Below the pieces are notes generated by a model. It was not told the origin of the DNA. It did no database searches and worked only from the letters and a program-made list of their open reading frames with translations. Shown piece by piece: positions 23,736-37,054 of a stretch of DNA of 64,000 bases (positions are counted from its first letter, which is position 1; the number at the start of each line of letters is the position of its first letter). The position numbers and the translations under genes were made by a program. Location: the NCBI GenBank assembly GCA_964270895.1, contig OZ185441.1; one strand, given 5' to 3'. Source of the stretch: Podarcis filfolensis. Taxonomy: Eukaryota.

Positions 23736-26165
23736 ATGGATGTGGTGGAAGTAAAGCAGGCAGAGAGAACAAGGAAGATCACCAGGAGGCAAGTACTGTT
23801 TCTGTTCATATTCTGGTCTGTGTTCTGCTGCCAGGTAGTGTCTGAGCAGGTTCAGTATTCGGTTCCAGAGGAAGCAGAGCAGGGCTCCTTTGTGGGGAAC
23901 CTTGCTAAAGATCTGGGGTTGGATCTCAGAGAGCTGTCAAAGCGCAAGCTTGGTATTTCTTCAGAAAAGCAATTCTTTGATCTGAATGAACAAAATGGCA
24001 ACCTGTATGTGAATGAGAGAATAGACCGGGAAGAGATTTGTCGGGAATCATCCACTTGTGTCCTCAAATTAGAAGTTGTGGCACACAATCCTTTGAATAT
24101 TTTCCACATAAATATTTTTATCCAGGACATTAATGACAATGCCCCATATTTCCGGAATGAAAATGTTGAGCTTAAATTGAGTGAGTCTACTCTGCCAGGA
24201 ACTCGATTTGCTCTTGGAAATGCTGAAGATAAAGATATTGGAACAAATTCCCTGCAGAATTATCAATTGAGCTCAACTCCATATTTCAAGTTGGAAATTC
24301 AAAACAGCAATAATGGTGGCAAATATGCAGAATTAGTATTGCAGAAACAACTGGACAGGGAAAAGGAACAAATGCATAACATGGTCCTTACAGCCATGGA
24401 TGGTGGAGAACCTCCAAAAACCGGAACAGTCAAAATATTGGTAAGAGTTATTGATGCTAATGACAATGCTCCTGTTTTCACCCAGGCAAACTATAAAGTG
24501 AGCCTGAAGGAGAGTGCACCCAAAGGAACCTCTGTGCTTCAAGTCAAAGCATCTGACAGTGATGAAGGGTCAAATGCTGAGATCACTTATACATTCAGTG
24601 ACATCCCAGAAACAGCTGAGCAGAAGTTTCATCTGGATCCCAGAGATGGAACAATTACACTTATAGAAAGTGTTGATTTTGAGGACAGACAAAAATATGT
24701 GATGATAATTAAGGCAAGTGATGGAGGAGGCTTGGCGGCACATTGCAATGTGGAGATTGAGGTTCTTGATGAGAATGACAATGCTCCAGATGTGATCCTT
24801 ACATCCGTGTCCAGCCCAGTTCCTGAAGATGTCACATCTGGAGCTGTGATTGCTCTCATTAAAGTTCAGGACAGGGATTCTGGGGATAATGGAGAAATCA
24901 TCTGTCACCTGAAGGAACTTGTACCTTTCCTGATAGTCTCATCTTCGGATAATTACTTCAAGCTCCTCATAGATGGTGCCCTTGACAGAGAAAGGACTCC
25001 CGAGTATAATATTACAATCACAGCCACAGACAAAGGCACACCTCCACTCTCCACACACAAAACCATATCAATACAGATCTCAGATATCAATGATAACCCA
25101 CCAGCCTTTGAAAAATTTTCCTATACTGCCTACATTCCAGAAAACAACCCATCTGGAGCTTCAATTTTCCACATCAAGGCCTCTGACCCAGATCTGGATC
25201 GCAATGCCCGAATCACTTACTCCATCCTTAACAGCAACATCAAGGACCTGCCTCTCTCCTCCTATGTCTCCATTAACTCTGAGACTGGAATCATCTATGC
25301 CCAACGCTCCTTTGACTATGAGCAATTCAGGGAGTTTCAGATTCAAGTGAAGGCCCAAGATGGAGGTTCTCCACCACTCAATAGCAGTGCCACAGTGACA
25401 GTATGTGTTTTGGATCGAAATGATAACGCTCCGCAGATCCTGTACCCCTCACAATCAACAGAGGGCTCACCTTTCTTTGAGATGGTGCCTCGGTCAGCTG
25501 AGTCGGGTTATCTGGTGACGAAGGTGGTGGCCGTGGACTTTGATTCGGGACACAATGCCTGGCTCTCCTTCCATCTCCTGCAGGCCACAGAGCCCTCACT
25601 CTTCAGCATTGGCTCCCACACAGGAGAGGTGCAAACAGTCCGAGCATTACTTGAGAGAGATGCAGTGAAGCAGAGGCTGGTCATCCTGGTGAAGGACAAT
25701 GGGCATCCTCCTCTCTCAGCCACCACAACGTTGAGCCTGGTGTTTGCTGAGAACTTCCAGGAGGCTCTTCCAGAAATGAACTCCCAACCAAATGACTCAG
25801 AGTATCAGTCTGATCTACAGTTTTATTTGGTATTGGCCTTGACCTTGGTGTCCTTTCTGTTCCTGGTGACGGTGATACTGACCATTCTGATAAAGCTTCG
25901 AAGGTCAAGGAACCCCACTTTCCTTCAGTGCTTTATTCCTGACCCCCATTCAAAGGCTGGTGCCATATTCCCACCCAATTATGAGGACGGAACTTTGCCT
26001 TATTCCTACCAGGTCTGTCTGTCCTCTGAATCCAGGAGGAATGAGCTGACATTCCTGCAGCCCACTGTCCAAATAGCAGAGAACATCCTTTGCAATGGCA
26101 ACTCTGACATTTCTTTGGTGGTCAGTGGAGGTAATTTAATTTCTGAAAAGGAAAATGACAGCACG
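23736..26165 (+). CDS. PCDHGB: Protocadherin gamma B-like variable exon 4 (810 codons; unspliced stop 26192)
   Basis: 818-aa ORF, six EC repeats, TM and the gB-type tail [17 protein letters not shown] (cf. mammalian gB PPNYSEGTLPYSYNLC); ACG|GTGAGT donor at 26165/26166. Confidence 0.93.
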
Positions 26166-27232
26166 GTGAGTTATATTGCATGTTCCTTATAGGCAATTTG
26201 GTGTTATCACTTGTTTGAGAGTTTAATTGTAAACAGTGGATGTTATCAAACTGGCATCCTAGAGAATTCAGACAATGTCATCAGGGAAATAGGTAGGGAG
26301 TAGTATTGAGCTGCTACTGCTGTAGAGCAAGCTAATTGGACTTTCCAGCAGCTATTGAGGGGCAGCATAGCAGGATGGCGGAGGCTGTGTCAGAATTGTC
26401 CAGGTACAAATCTGCATGGTAACTCGGTGTCGTGCTAAGATCACAGAGTGGTGCAGCATGGCTGAGTGGAGAGAATGATATTTTCTTCTTCTTCTTATCT
26501 TTGCAGTACAAATGCAATTGAATATGTAGCTATTTTCACATTCTGTCCTTTAAGAAATTTACAAGAAGAAATACCAAAAAGTCTTTCATAGAATATTCTT
26601 TAAATAAGTTGGTAAATTTCTTAGTAATTGGTAAAGTTTTTCAACTGAATTTTAGGAAGTGTTTGTGGAGCTTTTAATGGGTTGGATTATTTAATGAGAG
26701 TAAAGGATTAATTAATCACTAAACATTTTAGAATAACTTGATTTGGTTCTCATATATACAAATAATCTTACATAGCATTTGGATATTGTGTTCCTGTCAC
26801 AGACAGAGCTTGGGATTTGGGTCTGATGAGAATAGCACAACATATTAAGTGGTGGAGCTCTGATGGAAGCTATCAGTTGTACAAGCATTTCTTAGGTCCT
26901 GTGACTGCATGCTGTTTGTAGAATGAAAAATGCTCATGTACAACCTGTGTAGAAGAGTGACATCAAAAGGAAGTTTCTCTTGGCATGATTTCTAGAGATG
27001 TTGTATACCACTCTTTGTGGGGGGGTAGTGGTGGGGGGACTATAGAATTATTTTAAATAAAAAATTAAATAATATGCACATATTCCCCTGCTTCCAAGAT
27101 ATGTATATACTGGAAATGGTCCCTGAATTGACAAATACCCTAAACCAAACATGACCGTATCATGAACCCGAAACGATCCCCTGCCCCCCCCCCGCCGGCT
27201 CCTGCCCTGGCCAGGTCCTGTATTCTCTTATA

Positions 27233-27438
27233 CAGTGGTACCTCGGGTTACATACGCTTCAGGTTACATACGCTTCAGGTTACACACTCCGCTAACCCAG
27301 AAATAGTGCTTCAGGTTAAGAACTTTGCTTCAGGATAAGAACAGAAATTGGGCTCCGGCGCGGGAGGCCCCATTAGCTAAAGTGGTGATTCAGGTTAAGA
27401 ACAGTTTCAGGTTAAGAACAGACCTCCAGAACGAATTA
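27233..27438. mobile_element. Tc1/mariner-pogo (Tigger-like) MITE, right end deleted
   Basis: TA|CAGTGGTACC start; the full copy is at the paralogous position 51290-51531. Confidence 0.75.
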
Positions 27439-28744
27439 TTGAGTGACAGCTACCAATGGTAGATGCCCTTTTAACTCTTTGGCATGGAATGTTTTCTTAT
27501 GGAGAGTCAATCTGGCCAGGACATACACCTGCACATCCTGTAATTGCTGTACTTTAAAGCTGGGTCATGTTCACCACCAGTGTATATTCCATTAGGAAAG
27601 ATGAAGACTAATGTTAAAAGAACATTTGTTGGCATTATCTAGTGGATAATTCAGTGTCTTGTCCCTCCTGCTAATGGCCAAATTCAGTTTTAGCAGTTTA
27701 ATCTTGTAGAACAAGAAGTACAACATCAAGTTATCCATCCACAGTAGTGGTGTTTGTGATAAGCTGGAGCTGTGGATGAGGCAGCAGTGTGGCTGGGTCT
27801 GTATGCTTCTGTCAGCAACCAATCTGGCATTCCTGCTGGTGCACCTGCATGGTCCTAACCTTGCCGTGGCTGAAGCCCAGCCCTTTCCAGATAAGCAGTG
27901 GCAATAAATTACAGAGAATGTGGCCATTTTACTTCTTTGCTCTGTGCAGTAATACCTAGTGTTCAAGGCACTTCACATATATTGCTGTGCAACTCTTACA
28001 ATAACCTAGAAAAGTAGATCAATGTTATGATATTGGGGTAGGGGGAGAGGCTGCATTCAAATTTGTGGGGAATATTGCATTAGTTATTTTTCCTGCGTTT
28101 AATGGCAGCATTTCTGTCCTGTTCTTTTCACTGTGGTACCTGCTGTGCTAAGGAACTGTGGTTTTTGACTGATATACCAGCAAGTTGGGCTGAATTTCAT
28201 GCACACCAGTGTATTTGGTATCACACAACAATGAATGTCATTGGCTAATGCCGCAACTCTGTCAGCCTTTCTGCACATGGATGCCTCTGTTTCCCCATGA
28301 AAACAGCAGGAAAGAACTGTGTGTCAGCATATCAGTTTCCTCACTTTACAACTACAAACATTGCACTGACACAAAGAAAATAGGAAGTACCAGAGGCTTA
28401 CTATTCTTTTTTCTGCATCCAAAACGAATCTTTTGAATATCCAGCAAACAACATTGCTGAGAAAGTTCAATATTTCAGAATTCAATTCATTCCAGAATTT
28501 CCAGTAATGGGGTAGAGAAGGAACCCTAAACACACTTGTCTTTCCTGCTCCTTTTCAGTTTGTTTACTACAACAGAAGTTGTCACTCTTCTTTATCCTTA
28601 GTGGGTAAATTTGAAGGAAAAAATAAAGAATATAGAAAAATATACATAGTTATCCTAGCTATATCTTCATTTATAATATTTATAATACTATAATATAATA
28701 GTACAGTGAAATGGTGTTTATTTAATTTTCAAAACTGAGCTTTT

Positions 28745-28778
28745 TGCACTTTGGGCTTGATCCTCTGGGTGTCACTGT
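28745..28778 (+). promoter_or_regulatory. Pcdh CSE / CTCF site, CACT variant (exon 5)
   Basis: TGCACTTT...TCCTCTGGGTGTCACTG; CACT at 28773, 197 nt before ATG. Confidence 0.8.
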
Positions 28779-28969
28779 TCACCAGAATGGAGGAGAAATG
28801 AGAAATCCTGCCCAATTGAAGTTGCCTTTCCGTTAAACACAAACACAAAATATCTGAAGGAACAAGCTGTTTGTCAGCGTAAAGAAGAAACAGAAGTGCA
28901 TTTTTCTTTAAAAAATTGGATACAGCATCATTTGAATCAGAATTGAAGGGCCTTTAACCTGCTGCAAGG

Positions 28970-31393
28970 ATGGAAGGAATTCAGAGGCTGTGGAATTGCA
29001 GAAAAGGAATCTTCCAGTGCCTTTTCATGATGCTTTCTTGGAAGGCAGTTTCTGGGCAGATCCACTACTCCATTCCAGAAGAGATGCACAAAGGCTCTTC
29101 TGTGGGGAATATTGCAAAGGACCTGGGAATGGATGGCAAGCTGCTCCCAAACCATGGACTGCGCATTGTTTCTCCTGTAGGTATGATTCAGTACTTTTCT
29201 TTGAATGCCAACAATGGCCATTTGCAGATATCTGAGAGAATAGATAGAGAGGAAATTTGTGGAGAGGCAGAGAAATGTATGTTGAAGTTTCAGGTTCTTG
29301 TTGAAAGCAAACTGAAGCTTTATGGAATTGAAGTGGAAATTACAGATATAAATGACAATGCTCCCCACTTCCCTCTATGGGAACAGGAGCTGGAAATCAG
29401 TGAGGCATCTACACCTGGATTCCAGGTTCCTCTTCCTGAAGCTCAAGATCCAGATTGGGGGATAAATTCCGTGCAGAGCTATCAACTCACAGGCAGTAGC
29501 CATTTTGCTTTGCATGTGCAAACAGAAGAAAATGGTGCCAGACTTGTTGAACTTGTGTTGGAAAAGTCACTGGACAGAGAGGAACAATCAGCTTACGATT
29601 TGCTCCTCACAGCTACTGATGGAGGTGATCCTATCAAATCTGGCACATTACAAATCCACATCGCCGTCCTTGATGCAAATGACAATGCACCAGTTTTCAG
29701 CCAACCTCTCTATGAAGTGAGTGTCAATGAGAATATTCCCAAGTGGTCCACACTCTTGACAGTGAGAGCAACTGATAAGGATGAAGGAATCAATGGAGAC
29801 ATTAAATATTTTTTCCAAAAAATCACAAAGAAAGACTCCCAAATGTTTCTGTTAAATTCCACAACAGGTGAAATCATCCTTACTGGGAATCTTGATTATG
29901 AGGAATCATCTTTATATGTATTTGAGATACAAGCCAAAGATGGAGGAGGCCTGAGTGACAGATCAAAAGTTGTGATATCAGTTACGGATCTGAATGACAA
30001 TGCACCCGAATTATCAATTACCTTTGCCACCAACACCATACTTGAAAGTTCACCATCCCAAACGGTAATTGCCATTTTAAATGTCCAAGACCGAGATTCA
30101 GGAATCAATGGGGAAATCACATGTTCAATCCCTAGCAATCTCCCTTTTCAGCTAAAGAAGTCCATGGATAACTTTTACAGTTTGGTAACTGATGGTGCCC
30201 TTGACAGGGAACAGGTGTCAGTCTTCAATATTACTGTCACTGTTACTGACCATGGAGTCCCCCCTCTTTCTACAGTCACAGTTATCACACTTCATGTTTT
30301 AGACACAAATGACAACCCACCCCTCTTTGAAAAAACAGACTATACTTTCTATTTTGTTGAGAATAACCAAAGAGGAGCGATGGTCTCTTCCTTAAGAGCA
30401 AATGATCTTGACTGGGAAGAAAATGCCAGAATAACATATTCCATCACTGATGACCAAAGAAGTGACTCCCGCCTCTCCTCCTACCTCTCCATTAACTCTG
30501 AGACGGGGGTTATATATGCTCTGACCTCCTTTGATTATGAAGAGTTTCGAGACATTCGGTTCCGTGTAAAGGCCCAGGATGGAGGTTCTCCACCACTCAG
30601 CTCCAACGTCTCAGTGACTCTCTTCATCCTGGACCAGAATGACAACGCTCCCCAAATTCTATACCCTTCCCCTCCCACTGATGGCTCCACAGGGATAGAG
30701 CTGGCCCCTCGCTCCTCTGAGCCAGGCTACCTGGTCACTAAGGTGGTGGCCGTGGATGCAGACTCTGGCCAGAATGCCTGGCTCTCCTACCAGCTGATCA
30801 AGGCCACCGAGCCAGGGCTCTTCACTCTGGGGCTCCACACGGGAGAGATCAGGACGGCCCGCTTCTTTCTGGAGAAAGATGCCCTCAAGCAAAGCCTGGT
30901 GGTTTTAGTCAAGGACAATGGGCAGCCACCTCTCTCTGCTTCAGCCACTCTGACTGTGGTGCTGGCTGACACCATCCCTGCAGTCCTCTCAGACCTGAGC
31001 AGCATCTCAGCTCCTGTAGATCCTCCATCTGACCTCACCTTCTACCTGGTCCTTGCAGTGGCTTTTGTCTCCTGCTTGTTCTTCACTTTCCTCCTTGTGT
31101 TGCTGGCCATCAAGTTGCACAGGTGGAGAAATTCTCAGCTGCTTGAATCGGGGAGTGTGAATTTCAGTGGTGCTCCTATCTCACAGTTTGTGGGGATTGA
31201 TGGAGTCCGAGCATTTCTGCACTCCTACTGCCATGATGTTTCTCTGACTTCAGGCTCTAAGAAAAGCCAGTTTAGTATTTCCAAGGCAAATTATTCCAAT
31301 ACTCTGAGCAATCAACAGACTTGTGAGGTAAAGAATCCTATCATATCTGGTGAAGATTTAAATTTTAATGATGGTGATCCAGTCATAGTCCAG
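28970..31393 (+). CDS. PCDHGA: Protocadherin gamma A-like variable exon 5 (808 codons; unspliced stop 31402)
   Basis: 810-aa ORF, six EC repeats, gA tail; CAG|GTGAGT donor at 31393/31394. Confidence 0.95.
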
Positions 31394-32277
31394 GTGAGTT
31401 AATCTGGTTATCTTTTGATTTTATATGAACTTACTCATCTTGGTGAATTTTACATCTATCTGCTATCTGCAATACTATACTGGAAGGTATTATTATACAT
31501 AGCATTTTATTTGATATTTATTAGTACCACCACAGTTGTTTTTTCAGTATTTGTGTTTCATGCTATAACACAGACAAATTATTTCACACAATTACATTTC
31601 TTATCTTTACTGTTATATTGCCCAGCAGTAAAATGACTCTCTGATCCTCATTGCCAAGTATATATTATGGTATGTAAAAATATAATTGATGCTATGCAGC
31701 ATTTTAATGAACATCAATATTATGGGCACCATCCATAGGAGAGATAAGCACATGCTTATGTTCCTTCTCCAGAAATCACTGGGTCTCAGAAATGCTTTTC
31801 TTTGGCCAAAATGTACCATATAGTTGTAGGATATTTTGGAATAACATGTGCATAGTAAGAATAATCATGTGTTATAGTTATGCACTTGTTTGACTGATAT
31901 TCTAGCATCTGCTGAATCGAGAAAAATGAATATAACATACTAACTGAATATGAATTAAGATAGATTATTTAGCGCATTTGTGCAATTAGTTTTAGGCTGA
32001 ATCTTCTGTCTTTTCCATTAGTAAATGTCATGTGGATTCTCATGTTCTCTGCCGGGATGGGTAGGGCAGAAGGAAAATCAAAGATGTAAACTGGCAGAAG
32101 AAAACACTCCCATATGCAAGGATTAAAGCAAATCTTCCATATGATGGACCTCTACCACTTTCCAAACCTATAAAAGGAATTAGATCAAAGACAGAGAGGT
32201 GTGTGGATAGGAAAAACTTTCACATAAGACTAGGCAGAGACAGCTGTTTCTTGTAATGGCTTTGAAACGCTAAGCGC

Positions 32278-32458
32278 CAGGGCCGGCCCACCCACGAGGG
32301 AAGGTGTGGTGACCACTTTAGGTGGCAGAGTCCACCAGGGCGGCAGATCCCGATGTCAGTTCCTGACGTAGATCTTCACTTACCCCATCTTCCCTGGTGA
32401 GGAGGGGGTGCCATTCTCAGGTCTGTCTCAAGTGCCAAAATGTACTGGGCCGGCCTTG
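32278..32458. mobile_element. hAT MITE
   Basis: TIRs CAGGGCCGGCCC / GGGCCGGCCTTG; 8-bp TSD CTAAGCGC / CCAAGCAC (6/8). Confidence 0.7.
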
Positions 32459-34307
32459 CCAAGCACTGCTTGGCTTTTTGCTACATACAAAACTATTCCT
32501 GGAGAAAATATACCAGAACTTTCCTATCACTAAATACAGTATGGTAATTAATTCTCTTCTGACAGATAAACAATAATCTCTGCTGTGGAGCCTCTTCTAG
32601 AAAATGCATATTCACTCTTTTTGATCTCCTGTGTGTATCTGTGGCAGCCTTTATGTTTTAGAAGTGCTGGCAGCTCTTCTCCCCCATTCTTCTGAGGAAA
32701 TTTTTATCTTTTCTGAATACTTTTTCTACTGCCCTCACAATTAAGCAAGCACCTTCAATCCCTTACTAGTCCTCATATTAAACCTTGCTAATAAATAAAT
32801 AAAAATCCAGTATATATGCAATGCTGGAGCGCACAGTCCTGATTATATGATTTTTTTAAAAAAAGTTCTTAAATGCCATGAATATGAGCTGTTTGTTCCT
32901 AGAAACTGGGATGTGTCGTTCCTGTGGTGGGTTTGTCTGAGATGAAGTAATCCCTAGAAGTTATTTTCTCTAGATATTACTACACAGTAAATGTGGATGG
33001 ATGTTAAAAACTCACCCAAAGGCAAATGTGAACACTTTGCAAAGAGGCTTAGACATATCTTATTCTGTGAAAGAGCTAAAGACCTGCCAATCATTAAGAA
33101 TTCACTGTATAGTTAACTTGCAGTATAATGGTATACATACCTACTCAGACGTGCTTAATGGATACAGGATGGCAGACGAGGCTTTGGTTTAGGGTTGGCA
33201 TTGGGGGAAAACAGGGTTCTTGTGCCTTTAACAGATTTATGGCAGACAGAAATTCAAGAGGTTGAGCTTTTCCTAGTATGGAAATACAATTATGGGAAAA
33301 GTTTCACCATGACTGTGCTCACTCTAATTTTGTGGTATACCGTGCTCCCCACAGCAGCCATTTTGTATTATGCCATGCACCCATGGCAACCATTTTGTGA
33401 TTGGCACACACAGCACTCTCTCAGAATTAAAAAAAGTGACCACTGGTCCAATGGTGTAATTGTAAAACAGGCAAACTGTCAGGTTTCTGAGGTGGCAGCA
33501 GCTAGAGTGAGGAAAGGTGAAGAGCAGGCCCTCAGCCTGGCAGAACCACCTCCCCCGCTTCCTTGCTGAGGAGAAATGAGCAGGCCTTGGGACTGAGGCT
33601 TTATAAAATGATGTGAAGCTGTACTGGTTCCCTGACCACCTGAATTGATATTTTTGCCTAGATGGGGTAACCACTGTACAATACTTCTGGTGGACATGCT
33701 GTCATGTGCCTCCCTGCCACAGGGGACCACTATCTGAGATATATTTGGCAGGTATTCATGGAAGGGATGTGGAACTCCCTGCCCTGGAAAGTCCTCTGGG
33801 CCTCCTGCCTGATGGCATTTCACTGCCTGCTGCAGGCCTTTTTATTCCAATAGGCACTAATCCTGCCTTGAAGCTGAATATTCTTGACTATATCTCAAAT
33901 ATAGACATTTTTTTAAAAAATCCACACTGACTCCATGGCAGGATTGTTGAAGTGACTTATTTTATCTGCAAAGTCTGAGGTAAATTACCATAGTGTACAG
34001 AGTCCAGATTTATTCTTCCAAAAGAACTCTGCCAAATTCTTCTTAATATATTTGGGGACAAATGATAGAGAAGGAAGACGATTTATTTACTGCTGCTGCA
34101 ATATTACCACTCCAAATTCTAGGATGGATTGAGGGGAGCATCACATGTTCGAAACAAAGGGAAACAGAGGTGTGAGTGACATTTATTCCTTCCTGTATAA
34201 TATGCAAAGCAGAGCTAGGCACAAGGATCATGGAATGATGGATGATTCTAGCAGGTGAAATTCTTGCATTTTATCATAGTGGAGACACATGTGTTCTCAC
34301 TTCAAAT

Positions 34308-34860
34308 ATTAGAATTATAGAGTTGAAAGTGACCTCAGTAATCATCTAGTCCAACCATCTGCCAATGCAGGAAATTCACCATTGCTGATAATCTCTGTTT
34401 AGAACTTCTAATGAAGAAGAGTACACAACTTAATGGATGCAGTCTGATCCACTTTCAAGCAGCTCATGCCTGCAAAAGGTTCTTCCTAATAGTCTAAATG
34501 CTTTTTCTTGCAATTTGAATTCTTTTTTTGTTTCCCCATTTTGGACACATTCCAGTTTGCCAATATTCTTCTTAAACTGTGGTGCATGGAAATGGGCACA
34601 GTACTCCGGGTGAGGTTGTCTTACCAAAGCAGGATATAGATATTCCATTACTTCTCACAAGCTGGACCCAGTATTTCTGTCAATGTGAACTAGAACTGCA
34701 TTAGCCTTTCTAGCTATTGCATTGCACTGCTGGCTCATGTTTACCTTGTTGTCCGCTAAAGCCCTAGATCCTTTTCACATGTACAACTGTCAAGCCAGGT
34801 ATCACCCATCCTAGATTTGTGCACCTGATTCTTCCTACCTAACGCAGAGATTTAAATTTA
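34308..34860 (-). mobile_element. CR1 LINE 3' fragment
   Basis: Minus strand LYPALVRQPHPEYCAHFHAPQFKKNIGKLECVQ resembles the CR1 ORF2 C-terminus; CR1 3' UTR/tail at the 34308 end. Confidence 0.75.
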
Positions 34861-36310
34861 TCTCTATTGAAAGCTGTTTTGTTAAAAATGTCCCCTTTCT
34901 GCATCCAGTCATGATCCAAGTATTATTAGCTATTATTAGGCATGAGGGAGCTGCTTTCTATGAGTAGACTCTATGCAGTTGGGATCTAAGTGAGAAACCA
35001 TGTAGGCTGAGTTTATGCAAGAGGAGTGCGTTCAGTTTATGTGGGTAGGACCTGCGTGATCAGCTCACTCATTACGCCCCAGCTGCATGGAGACTGTTTG
35101 GAGGAAAGCAGCTCCCAAGCAAGAGGCATGCTATTTAAAAGCCTTCTGAGTCACTTGGTTTTCTTGTGCTTCGCCAGCTTTCACCACAACTCAAATGGCA
35201 TCCAGCTAGGCTTCTGTTTCTGATGTTTCAGGTCCCCACTTCAGCAGGAAGTAGAAGAGACACTGGTGTTTATTATCTTACCTTCTACATGGTGCCTACT
35301 TAAAAGCATACCTCATGAGAGGCCATCTGAATACCTGTAGCCTCCAACTACACAGTAAAGTTGCAAAATTTCTAGTTATGGGTGCTTATGGAATCAGGGG
35401 TGGGATTTCAGATAGTTGTAGTCACACCTCCCAGTGGCCATGATGTGAGGTGTGTTCATTTGAGAATATTGTTGGTTAGCTATAAATCAAAGAAGTGACT
35501 GAGTTGATGGCCAAAGTCAAATTGAGTTGACTTCAGAGAACAACCAAGCCTCCAAAAGAAGAGCTGTCAGTGATAAAATCATAAGAGGATAATGGAATAC
35601 AACAGCAAACTGGAAGTATCTGGGATAGATTATCGAAATTGTTTCCCCACTTTAATGGAGACTTAAAAGATTCAGATCTGCTACCTCAGAATGTAATGGT
35701 GTGAAAACAAAAGTGCCTTCTTGATACCCTTAATACATCTCTTGTTTCAAAACGCCAGTTTCAGATTATTATGGTACTAGAAAGAATAGCTATCCTCATG
35801 ACGGGCAGGGTGCAAGTCTTAGTTCTTGGACACTTTAGTTCCATTAATCTTGTTCTGATTATTGGCTTTCACTGAAAACGCTCTGCAGTTCTACTTACTG
35901 GATGTAATGGAAACTTCTCATCTCAAAGTTAGTGTAAGAGCCTGAGGAACTATCAGATGAGAACTGAAGAAACTGGACACATGGGATTACTGAAGGAGGG
36001 AAAGATGGAGAGGAAAGAGGATGTATGATTATTTTTCAAGCACAGCCCTGTGGAAGTTGACTTTCCATGATGCAATCCCCTGCATCTAAGAGCTGCCTGT
36101 GAAAGACAGAACCACTTGGACAGGGTTGGGGGGGAAATCGCACAAATGTAACTGCATGTGAAGGTCAAATAAAGAATTAACTCTGAGAAGGAAATGGGAG
36201 AGGCAGGGAAGAATGATTAGAAAACTGCACATGATAGATCAGCATACATAGATGAGCAGGACTGAATTGCACATATCGTAGTATAATCACCTGCCAGATC
36301 CTTGGTTATA

Positions 36311-36551
36311 CAGTGGTACCTTTAGTTACAAACGCCTCAGGTTGCAAACGCTTCAGGTTACAAACTCCGCTAACCTGGAAGAGTTACCTCGAGTTGAGAA
36401 CTTTGCCCCAGGATGAGAACGGAAATCGTGTGCTGGCGGCGCAGCAGCGGCAAGAGGCCCCATTAGCGAAAGCACACCTCTAGTTAAGAACAGTTTCAGG
36501 TTAAGAATGGACCTCCGGAACAAATTAAGTTTGTAACTAGACGTACCACTG
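36311..36551. mobile_element. Tc1/mariner-pogo (Tigger-like) MITE
   Basis: 23-bp TIRs CAGTGGTACCTTTAGTTACAAAC (2 mismatches) with TA TSDs. Confidence 0.85.
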
Positions 36552-36782
36552 TATGCTTATAATATTCAATATTCAACTAAGACTGGGAGTAAACACGAGA
36601 ACACCTGAGAAAAAGTACCTATTGTGATTTTTTTTTTAAGGACAAAACTGGCTTATATGAGTTATATATCTATTAGTGAGTTGAACAAAAAGATCAGTCA
36701 ACTGAAATTTCCTGATAATACCATAAAGAATAGAAGGAGTTATGGAAGAAAATGTGTATTTAGGATTCCAAAATAAGGCTTC

Positions 36783-36816
36783 TGCAGTTTTGTATTGAGC
36801 CTCATGGTGTCGCTGT
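36783..36816 (+). promoter_or_regulatory. Pcdh CSE / CTCF site, CGCT type (exon 6)
   Basis: TGCAGTTT...GCCTCATGGTGTCGCTGTTCACCAAT; CGCT at 36811, 244 nt before ATG. Confidence 0.85.
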
Positions 36817-37054
36817 TCACCAATAAGGAAAAAAAGTAAAAGATCTAGCCTCACAACCTTAGCTATTACAGTGCAGCACACAATAACTGAGGCGAGGCTG
36901 AACATGACAGTACAGAAAGCAAAACTGAAGGAAGTTTTGCTTAGAAACAATTTGGCTATTTTGAACTGGAACTAGGAGCAGAACAAAGGGAACACCAGAA
37001 ACCAATATTAGAGTTTTTGAACAGAACCAGCATTTTTTATCCTGGTACAAAATC

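Noticed and set aside
23736-26165. Calling the B-type genes protocadherin-beta
   Set aside because: The tail [13 protein letters not shown] matches gamma-B, and each has a conserved phase-0 splice donor, unlike single-exon beta genes.
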